From a bacterium (lineage in GTDB: Bacteria; Patescibacteriota; Minisyncoccia; UBA6257; MFKM01), in assembly GCA_030693325.1 (NCBI GenBank), contig JAUYAV010000019.1:134618-198617 (forward strand): DNA of 64,000 nucleotides, in the 5' to 3' direction. Positions within the stretch are counted from its first letter, which is position 1. Every line of letters begins with the position of its first letter. The notes under the pieces were generated by a model. The model saw nothing but the letters and a program-made list of their open reading frames with translations. It made no database searches and was not told where the DNA came from. This document shows, piece by piece, positions 57,083 to 64,000 of this stretch. The position numbers and the translations under genes are program-made.

Positions 57083-58834
57083 TTAAATGGTTTTGTCCGC
57101 GATCTCTTTTTTGATTTGCTCAAGAAGTTTTTCCAGTTTGATTTCTCCTTCCTGGCCGCGGCGGTAGTGGCGGATATTAACGGTATCGTTTTGAAGTTCT
57201 TTGTCGCCGACAACCAGAACATAGGGAATTTTTTGGATTTCGGCTTCGCGGATGCGTTTGGAAACCGTCAGGTTTTCGTCGCTAAGAGAAACGCGGATGC
57301 CGTTTGCTGATAGCTGTGAATTAATTTCTTGAGCGTAAGTTATATGGGCGGCTCCGATATTGATTATTTGCGCTTGGACAGGGGATAGCCAAAGCGGCAA
57401 GGCGCCGGCGTAATGCTCCAGCAACATTCCGAAAAATCTTTCCAGCGAGCCCATCAGCGCGCGGTGAATCATATATGGCCGGTGGGTTTTGCCGTCTTTA
57501 TCAACGAATTCCATTTTGAATTTTTCGGGCATATTGAAATCAAACTGGATGGTGGAGCATTGCCATTCGCGGCCAAGGGCGTCTTTTATTTTAATGTCTA
57601 TTTTTGGGCCGTAAAAAGCGCCGCCGCCTTCGTCAACGGAATAATCAAGTTTGGAATCTTTTAAGGTTTTTTCAAGGGCGAGGGTGGCTTCCTCCCACAT
57701 TTTTTTACTGCCGACTGATTTTTTTTTGGGCTTGGTGGAAAGATAAATATGAAAATCATTAAAGCCGAAACTTTTCAAAATATAAAAACAGAAATCCAGA
57801 ACTTTTTTGATTTCAAAAGGCATTTGTTCGGGGGTGCAGATTAAATGGGCATCATCCTGAGTGAAACCGCGGACGCGCAAAAGTCCATGGAGAACTCCGG
57901 CTTTTTCGTAGCGGTAAACTGTTCCAAGTTCCGCCCAACGCATCGGCAAATCCCGATAAGAGCGGATGCGGTTTTTGTAAATTAAAATATGGAACGGGCA
58001 GTTCATCGGTTTGATATAATATTCGTTTTCGTCTATTTCCATCGGGCTGTACATATTTTCTTTGTAAAAATCCAAATGGCCGCTGGTTTCCCAGAGGGTT
58101 GATTTGCCGATGTGCGGTGTGAAAACGATTTCGTAGCCGTTTTGATAATGAGCCTGGCGCCAAAAATCTTCTATTATTACCCGGATGCGGCCGGCCTTGG
58201 GGTGCCAGTAGATTAAGCCGGGCCCGCCCATGCTTTCGTGAATACTGAATAAATCCAAATCCTGGCCTAAGCGGCGGTGGTCGCGTTTCTGGGCTTCGGC
58301 GATTGTACTGATATAGCCGTCTAATTCTTTTTTGGTTTCAAAAGCCAGGCCGTAAATCCGGGTGAGCATCGGATTTTTTTCATCGCCTTTCCAGTAAGCT
58401 CCGGCAATTTTTATCAAATTAAAAGCTTCTGGGTCTATTTCTTTGGTGTTTTTAATATGAGGTCCGGCGCATAAATCAACAAATTCTCCATTTTGATAAA
58501 CGGTGATTTGTTTAGAAGGCAGATCTTTTAATAGTTCTAATTTATATGGCTGGTTTTTGAATATTTTTTTGGCTTCGGCTTTGGAAACTAATTTTCTTTT
58601 GAAAGAAATATTCTGCTTTATCAATTCTTTCATCCGCTTTTCTATTTTCGGCAAATTTTCGGGAGACAACCCGCCTTCGCCAGAGGCTTTGGCGGGCAAG
58701 TCAAAATCATAATAAAAGCCGTTTTCAATGGCCGGCCCGATGCCGAATTTTACGCCAGGAAAAATTTCGCCGACCGCTGCGGCCATAATATGGGATAAAG
58801 AATGGCGGATTTTATTTAATTGGATATCAGGCAT
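57083..58834 (-). CDS. thrS: Threonyl-tRNA synthetase. The start is revised to MPDIQL, because the track's upstream ATG lies inside the palindromic element.
   Basis: Class II core, HxxxH editing motif and anticodon-binding domain. Confidence 0.9.
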   Translation of the reverse strand: MPDIQLNKIRHSLSHIMAAAVGEIFPGVKFGIGPAIENGFYYDFDLPAKASGEGGLSPENLPKIEKRMKELIKQNISFKRKLVSKAEAKKIFKNQPYKLELLKDLPSKQITVYQNGEFVDLCAGPHIKNTKEIDPEAFNLIKIAGAYWKGDEKNPMLTRIYGLAFETKKELDGYISTIAEAQKRDHRRLGQDLDLFSIHESMGGPGLIYWHPKAGRIRVIIEDFWRQAHYQNGYEIVFTPHIGKSTLWETSGHLDFYKENMYSPMEIDENEYYIKPMNCPFHILIYKNRIRSYRDLPMRWAELGTVYRYEKAGVLHGLLRVRGFTQDDAHLICTPEQMPFEIKKVLDFCFYILKSFGFNDFHIYLSTKPKKKSVGSKKMWEEATLALEKTLKDSKLDYSVDEGGGAFYGPKIDIKIKDALGREWQCSTIQFDFNMPEKFKMEFVDKDGKTHRPYMIHRALMGSLERFFGMLLEHYAGALPLWLSPVQAQIINIGAAHITYAQEINSQLSANGIRVSLSDENLTVSKRIREAEIQKIPYVLVVGDKELQNDTVNIRHYRRGQEGEIKLEKLLEQIKKEIADKTI

Positions 58835-58840
58835 GATTTT

Positions 58841-58973
58841 CACCCCGTTAGAAGTCTGGTTCATGTTTAATAATGATTATTATTTTAATTAAAAATTCAT
58901 ATTTGATTAACCTATCTGTTATGACAGAAAAATTTCTATAGAAATTTTTCTGTTCAAGACTTCTAATGGGGTT
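58841..58973. repeat. Family-A palindromic element, copy 3, filling the gap between the dnaE stop and the thrS start
   Basis: CCCCGTTAGAAGTC…GACTTCTAATGGGG with the internal acagaaaaattt…aaatttttctgt hairpin. Confidence 0.85.
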
Positions 58974-61900
58974 CATAATTCTCTTGCTTCGTTGCAGATA
59001 ACTTTAGTTTCTCCGTTTCTTAGGGAAAGCTGGCCGTTTATCATCAAGATATTATTTTCTTTCCAAAGATTGGGATTTTTGGAAAAAGTTTCGGAGAAAA
59101 CAATGACTTCCAAATTATCGCTTAAATCTTCAATTTTGACAAACAGCATCGGTTGGCCCCTCTTGGTTATAATTCTCTGGATACTGGAAACCACACCGGC
59201 CACTTTAAGCCGGGCCCGGTCTTTGAGCCCGCCATTCATTGTCTCTTTTATCGGCTGGACGCGATTTTCTTTGAGTTGATTGGTATATCTTTTAAGGGGA
59301 TGGTCGGAAATATAAAGTCCCAAAAGTTCTTTTTCCCAGGATAATTTCGTTTTGGCATCGGCGGCTTCAACCTGATTCAGTTTAAGTGAAGTTAATTTTG
59401 GCTGGTAATTGAAAAGGCTGTTCTGGTTGCTTAATTTATTTTTTTTACTCAAAGAATTAAATTTCAATAATTCTTCGCTGTTTGATAGGGCGGCCTGTCT
59501 TTCAATGCCCATTGAATCAAGGCAGCCGCTTTTTATCAAACTTTCCAGGGATTTTTTATTAAGGTCGCGGTGGTTAACCCGGTTGAGAAAATCCGGCAAA
59601 CTTTCAAACGGTCCGCCCCGGCCGCGTTCTTCAATCATTATAGAAACGATATTGGCGCCGATGTTTTTAACGGCTAAAAGTCCGAAACGGATATTGTTGG
59701 AATTTTCCGGAGCGAAATCGGTATAACTTTTATTGATGTCAGGCGGTAGGACGATAATATTTGCTTTTCGGGCCTCATTAACCAGAAAGGCGATGCGTTC
59801 AATGTCATCGGTGTTGGCGTTTAATAAGCTGCTAAAAAATTCCACCGGATAATGAGCTTTGAGATAAGCGGTTTGATAACCGATAAGGGCGTAGCAGGTG
59901 GCATGGCTTTTATTAAATCCGTATTGGGCAAATGGTTCAAACCATTGCCAGATTTTTCGGGCGGTTTTTTCTTCAATGCCGTTTTTGATCATGCCTTCAA
60001 TCATTTTTTCGGCCTGGGCCTGAAGCAGGGATTTTATTTTTTTACCTACCGCCTTTCTCAAAATATCGGCTTCGGTCAGAGAAAAACCAGCGAGGTCGCG
60101 GGCGATGGTCATTAGTTGTTCCTGATAAATGGCAACACCATAAGTTTTGGCCAAAATTGGCTCCAACCGCGGATGAAGATAAGTGATTTCTTCCTGGCCG
60201 TGTTTCCGGCGGATATATTGGGGGATCAATTCCATCGGCCCCGGCCGGTATAAAGAAACCATGGCGATAATATCCTCAATTTCACTCGGTTTTAATTGTT
60301 TTAAGTAGCCGCGCATACCAGAACCTTCCAGCTGAAAAATTCCGGTGGTTTCGGCGGCGCGCAGAAGTTCAAAAGTTTTTTTATCATCAAGAGGAATTTT
60401 ATTGATGTCAATTTCTTTTTGATAAATGTCTTTTATTAATTTCAAAGTGTTTTCAATAATGGTCAGGTTGCGGAGGCCCAGAAAGTCCATTTTCAGAAGT
60501 CCTAAATCTTCAATGCTGTGCATTTCAAACTGGGTAATGATGATATCTTTGTTTTGCGGCGCATATTGAAGCGGCAAATAATTAGTAAGAGCTTCTTTTG
60601 AAATCACCAGGCCGCAGGCATGGACCGAGGCGTGACGGGCAACACCTTCCATTTTTTTCGCTGAGTCAATTAATTTTTTGGCGTTGGCATCGTGCTCATA
60701 AAGGTCGCGCAGTTCGGTTACTTCTTCAAGCGCTTTCTCTAAGTTAAATTGAAAAGGAATCATTTTGGCGGTTTGGTCGCAAAAGCCGTAGGCGAAACCT
60801 AAAGCCCGGCCGGAATCGCGAATCGCCGCCCGAGCCGCCATTGTTCCGAAAGTGATAATTTGCGCCACCCGGTCGGTGCCGTATTTTTCCCGGACATAAG
60901 CCACCACTTCATCGCGCCGGACATCGGTAAAATCAATGTCAATATCGGGCATCTGAATACGGTCGGCGTTCAAAAATCTTTCAAAAAGCAGGTCGTATTT
61001 TAAGGGATTAATATTGGTTATGTCTAAAACATAAGAAACCAGACTGCCGGCGGCCGAGCCCCGGCCGGGCCCGACAACGATGCCCCGCTGTTTTGCCCAG
61101 GCAATAATATCCCGAACAATCAGGAAATAATCGGCAAAGCCGGTTTTTTCAATCACAGAAAGCTCGTAATCAAGCCGTTTTTTTATTTCCTCGGTGATTT
61201 CGGAAAAACGACTGGCTAATTTTTCATTAACAAGATTGCGGAGATAAGAATTAGAGGTTTGGCCTTCGGGAACGGGGAAGTCCGGCATGAGAATTTTTCC
61301 CAATTCAATTTCCAAATTACAGCGGTCTGCAATTTTAATAGTGTTAGTAATCGCTTCCGGAGTTTCTTTGAAAAATTCGGCCATTTGTTCCGGAGAGCGC
61401 ATAGAGAAATCGTCAGTGAAAGTGAGCCGGCCGGGATCATCTACCGTATTGCCTGTTTGGATTGCCAGAAGAATTTCATGATAAGGCGCGTCTTCTGATT
61501 TAAGATAATGAATGTCCTGAGTGGCTACTAAAGGCGCTCCGGTTTCTTTTGAGAGTTCAATGATAGCTTGATTAATTTTTTCGGAATCTTTTATTCCGGG
61601 GTGATGGCCGATTTCCAAAAAGAAATTTTCCGGGCCGAAAATGTTTTGATATTCAAGAATTTTTTCTTTGGCCACCGAAATTTTTTCCGCCGCAATCAGC
61701 CGCGAAATTTCTCCGGACAGGCAAGCTGAGGTCGCAATAATTCCCTCATGGTGTTGCGCTAAAAGTTCCTTATCAATTCTTGGCTTATAATAAAATCCTT
61801 CCAAATTTGATTTGGTCACTAATTGGAGAAGATTTAGCCAGCCAGTTTTATTCTGGGCCAGAAGAATTAAATGATAGGGCCGGTCGTCAATTCGGGAACG

Positions 61901-62131
61901 CTTATCAAATCGGCTTTGGGACGCTAAATACGCTTCCACGCCGATAATCGGTTTGATTCCGGCTTTTTTTGCCTTTTGGTAGAACTCAATCGCCCCATAA
62001 AGATTTCCATGGTCGGTTATCGCCAGAGCCTCCATGCCTAATTCTTTGGCGCGGTTAATTAAATCGTCAATTTTCGCCAAGCCGTCAAGCAAGGAATAAT
62101 GGGAATGAGTATGGAGATGGACGAATTTCAT
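58973..62131 (-). CDS. dnaE: DNA polymerase III alpha subunit (the start is probably MKFVHLHTHSHYS)
   Basis: PHP domain HTHSHYSLLDG, polymerase core and OB fold. Confidence 0.93.
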   Translation of the reverse strand: MKFVHLHTHSHYSLLDGLAKIDDLINRAKELGMEALAITDHGNLYGAIEFYQKAKKAGIKPIIGVEAYLASQSRFDKRSRIDDRPYHLILLAQNKTGWLNLLQLVTKSNLEGFYYKPRIDKELLAQHHEGIIATSACLSGEISRLIAAEKISVAKEKILEYQNIFGPENFFLEIGHHPGIKDSEKINQAIIELSKETGAPLVATQDIHYLKSEDAPYHEILLAIQTGNTVDDPGRLTFTDDFSMRSPEQMAEFFKETPEAITNTIKIADRCNLEIELGKILMPDFPVPEGQTSNSYLRNLVNEKLASRFSEITEEIKKRLDYELSVIEKTGFADYFLIVRDIIAWAKQRGIVVGPGRGSAAGSLVSYVLDITNINPLKYDLLFERFLNADRIQMPDIDIDFTDVRRDEVVAYVREKYGTDRVAQIITFGTMAARAAIRDSGRALGFAYGFCDQTAKMIPFQFNLEKALEEVTELRDLYEHDANAKKLIDSAKKMEGVARHASVHACGLVISKEALTNYLPLQYAPQNKDIIITQFEMHSIEDLGLLKMDFLGLRNLTIIENTLKLIKDIYQKEIDINKIPLDDKKTFELLRAAETTGIFQLEGSGMRGYLKQLKPSEIEDIIAMVSLYRPGPMELIPQYIRRKHGQEEITYLHPRLEPILAKTYGVAIYQEQLMTIARDLAGFSLTEADILRKAVGKKIKSLLQAQAEKMIEGMIKNGIEEKTARKIWQWFEPFAQYGFNKSHATCYALIGYQTAYLKAHYPVEFFSSLLNANTDDIERIAFLVNEARKANIIVLPPDINKSYTDFAPENSNNIRFGLLAVKNIGANIVSIMIEERGRGGPFESLPDFLNRVNHRDLNKKSLESLIKSGCLDSMGIERQAALSNSEELLKFNSLSKKNKLSNQNSLFNYQPKLTSLKLNQVEAADAKTKLSWEKELLGLYISDHPLKRYTNQLKENRVQPIKETMNGGLKDRARLKVAGVVSSIQRIITKRGQPMLFVKIEDLSDNLEVIVFSETFSKNPNLWKENNILMINGQLSLRNGETKVICNEAREL

Positions 62132-62299
62132 TTTGATATTAACATCATAATTCTTTTGCCAAAAAAACAAAACCCCCACGCCATGTGAGGGTAAAAGATC
62201 ACTTCGAAATTTCGGAGTGGTTTGACAGGCATGTTTTATTATTATTAAATAATGTGAAGTCAAACAGCAAATTAACAAATTAATATAAGGAGGTGGAAG

Positions 62300-62485
62300 A
62301 TGAATTTAAGACAGCATATTAATATGGCAAGGGGATTGGGGATTGCTCATGCAACCGCAGTTATAGTTAATTTTAAGATGGGATTGAGAAGCGGCGACCC
62401 TAAAGAAACAGATATCAGTCAATTAACTAAGGAGGAAAAACAGATTCTGATTAATGCGGGTTTGCTGAAAAAAATGAGGAGGTGA
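62300..62485 (+). CDS. Small hypothetical protein
   Basis: Strong SD AAGGAGGTG. Confidence 0.4.
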   Translation: MNLRQHINMARGLGIAHATAVIVNFKMGLRSGDPKETDISQLTKEEKQILINAGLLKKMRR

Positions 62486-62721
62486 AAAAAATGGCGAGAG
62501 GATGTCCTGAATGTGGCAGTGAAAAAATTGTAAATGAAAATACCGGCAAAGATTTAAAGATCAAGCTTTTTGGGGAAATTTTTTATATTTGTAAAGATTG
62601 CGATTGCGAATGGACGCATTGTTATGCTGTCGGTTTCAAGGTCACTCGCCATGGAAAATTCTTCAAAAAGAAAAACAAGATTCAAATCCAAGTCCGAAAA
62701 AGAGGATTAATTGTCTCTTAA
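62482..62721 (+). CDS. Small zinc-ribbon protein (CPECG…CKDCDC)
   Basis: Strong SD GAGGAGGTG; overlaps the previous stop. Confidence 0.45.
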   Translation: MKKMARGCPECGSEKIVNENTGKDLKIKLFGEIFYICKDCDCEWTHCYAVGFKVTRHGKFFKKKNKIQIQVRKRGLIVS

Positions 62722-62745
62722 AAAGTAAAGTTAGATATTTATTCC

Positions 62746-62783
62746 AAAAGCCCTGAGTTTTTACTCAGGGCTTTTTATTTATT
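62746..62783 (+). terminator. Rho-independent terminator
   Basis: aaaagccctgagtttttactcagggctttttattt. Confidence 0.75.
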
Positions 62784-62816
62784 TCCACAACACAATTTAA
62801 ATTACTAAATTCAATT

Positions 62817-62854
62817 ACTATTGTAATTCCACGATCGTGGAATTACAATAGTAA
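62817..62854. repeat. 38-bp perfect palindrome, copy 3
   Basis: Identical to 4424-4461. Confidence 0.9.
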
Positions 62855-62967
62855 AATTGGAGTTGAACTTCTTTTGCCGGGTTTGACCTTTTTTTAGAAA
62901 TATCATAAGATTAATTATTATTAATTGTATTTAGTGTGAGTAATTTGTAGTTAGGAATAAATTTTTC

Positions 62968-62996
62968 GTTTCTAATTACTAATTACTCAATTACTA
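62968..62996. repeat. Four tandem TAATTAC 7-mers upstream of rpmF
   Basis: taattactaattactcaattactaattac. Confidence 0.8.
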
Positions 62997-63028
62997 ATTA
63001 CTTAAATTTTGAGCAAAGCGAAAAATTT

Positions 63029-63178
63029 ATGGGTGGCGTACCAACAAAACATCATTCAAAATCAAAAGTCGGCCGGAGACGGTCTCAACTCTTTTTAAAG
63101 AAAGGCAAATTTGCGGTTTGTCCGGTTTGCGGCGGCCCGAAATTGTCTCATTGTTCTTGTCCGCAGTGCAAGAAATAA
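63029..63178 (+). CDS. rpmF: 50S ribosomal protein L32 (49 aa, zinc ribbon)
   Basis: Manual translation MGGVPTKHHSKSKVGRRRSQ…CPVCGGPKLSHCSCPQCKK; shorter than the ORF-track cutoff. Confidence 0.75.
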   Translation: MGGVPTKHHSKSKVGRRRSQLFLKKGKFAVCPVCGGPKLSHCSCPQCKK

Positions 63179-63242
63179 AGAGTTTGCCATAGATTTTTTT
63201 ATCCGCCTTGCCCGGCGGATTTAAAATTTATATAATAATGGT

Positions 63243-63689
63243 ATGGCATCTCGTCAATTAGCTCGCTCAATAGTTTTACAATCGCTTTACGAATGGGATT
63301 TTTACGGCCAAAAGGCCGACCTTATAAAAATTATTGAACGCAACTTAAAAGAGTTTGCGCCGGGTTTGGACGAACCGGAATTTGTCTGGCGCTTAACGCA
63401 AGGCGTGATTGACCACAAAGACGAATTGGACAAAATAATCGTGAGCGCGGCTCCCGAATGGCCGTTAAACCAGATTTCCATTGTTGACCGCAATGCTTTA
63501 AGAATTGGCCTTTATGAATTGCTTTACGCCGATAAAAAAGAAGTGCCGGATAAGGTGGCGATTAACGAAGCCATTGAAATAGCAAAAAATTTCGGCGGTC
63601 CCACTTCGGGAAAATTCATCAACGGCGTTTTGGGAACGGTTTATAAAGAAATAGAAAAATCAAGAAAGCAGACAGCCGCTATCGGCTAG
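63243..63689 (+). CDS. nusB: Transcription antitermination factor NusB
   Basis: [14 protein letters not shown]. Confidence 0.9.
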   Translation: MASRQLARSIVLQSLYEWDFYGQKADLIKIIERNLKEFAPGLDEPEFVWRLTQGVIDHKDELDKIIVSAAPEWPLNQISIVDRNALRIGLYELLYADKKEVPDKVAINEAIEIAKNFGGPTSGKFINGVLGTVYKEIEKSRKQTAAIG

Positions 63690-63703
63690 TTATTTTAATT
63701 TAT

Positions 63704-64000
63704 ATGGATTCTTCAAAATTAGAAAAAGAAATAGGAGTTGAGTTTAAAAATAAAAATTTACTCAAAGAGGCATTAACCCATCGCTCCTATCTTAATGAAA
63801 ATCCCAGTTGGGGACAGCACAATGAACGGATGGAATTTTTGGGCGATTCGGTTTTGGAATTAATCACTTCAGATTTTCTTTACAAAAAATATCCCGGCCG
63901 GAACGAAGGGGATCTTACTGTTTTACGGGCCGCTTTGATAAATTATCAGATGCTGGCTCAGGTGGCCCGGGAAATTGATTTGGAAAATTACATTCTTCTT
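63704..64000 (+). CDS. rnc: Ribonuclease III (3'-truncated by the window edge)
   Basis: ERMEFLGDSVLEL signature. Confidence 0.85.
   Translation, partial: MDSSKLEKEIGVEFKNKNLLKEALTHRSYLNENPSWGQHNERMEFLGDSVLELITSDFLYKKYPGRNEGDLTVLRAALINYQMLAQVAREIDLENYILL

Noticed and set aside
58835-58864. First ATG of the thrS ORF (MNQTSNGVKI…)
   Set aside because: These codons lie inside the family-A palindromic element; the conserved ThrRS N-terminus begins at the MPDIQL start.

Overview
This 64-kb window looks like a streamlined Candidate Phyla Radiation genome, probably Parcubacteria/OD1-like. The inference rests on four observations: the S10–spc–alpha ribosomal cluster (rpsJ…rplO-secY-adk-map) has no L30; there is no L1 after L11; L3 is short; and most genes lack Shine–Dalgarno sequences.

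The core gene content is:
- a type IV pilus module (pilB, pilC and two prepilins);
- grpE-dnaK-(membrane protein)-dnaJ;
- rmuC and aspS;
- rpsL-rpsG-fusA-tuf;
- topA-dprA, rarA and gyrB;
- secE-nusG-rplK, tmk and gatB;
- miaA, thrS and dnaE;
- rpmF-nusB-rnc;
- four tRNAs: Pro-GGG, Ile-GAT, Ala-TGC and a type-II Leu-like tRNA.

The less ordinary features are:
1. A putative restriction-modification island next to tRNA-Ala. Its beta-class N6A methyltransferase is fused in one ORF to a complete LexA repressor (wHTH, Ala-Gly cleavage site, Ser/Lys S24 peptidase). A PD-(D/E)xK nuclease gene is translationally coupled downstream.
2. A roughly 48-bp GC-rich double-hairpin element inserted in-frame, in opposite orientations, into fusA and into an unrelated gene.
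3. A shared in-frame 'AATCAGC(G)' mini-repeat (encoding N-Q-H/R) in rluA-family, gatB and miaA genes.
4. Two families of MITE-like palindromic elements ending in 'GGGGTTGACA' promoter-like boxes, placed directly in front of rpsL, rplC, thrS and tuf.
5. An identical 38-bp perfect palindrome present three times.
6. Tandem 'TAATTACAG' 9-mer arrays in ribosomal-operon spacers.
7. An intein with an endonuclease-like core in helicase motif III of a UvrD-type helicase–nuclease.
8. A GC-rich structured leader plus a Cys-rich 28-aa uORF upstream of a LysM protein gene.
9. A DnaJ with HPH in place of the invariant HPD.

Coordinates I derived by hand (tRNAs, repeats, revised starts) may be off by one or two bases.
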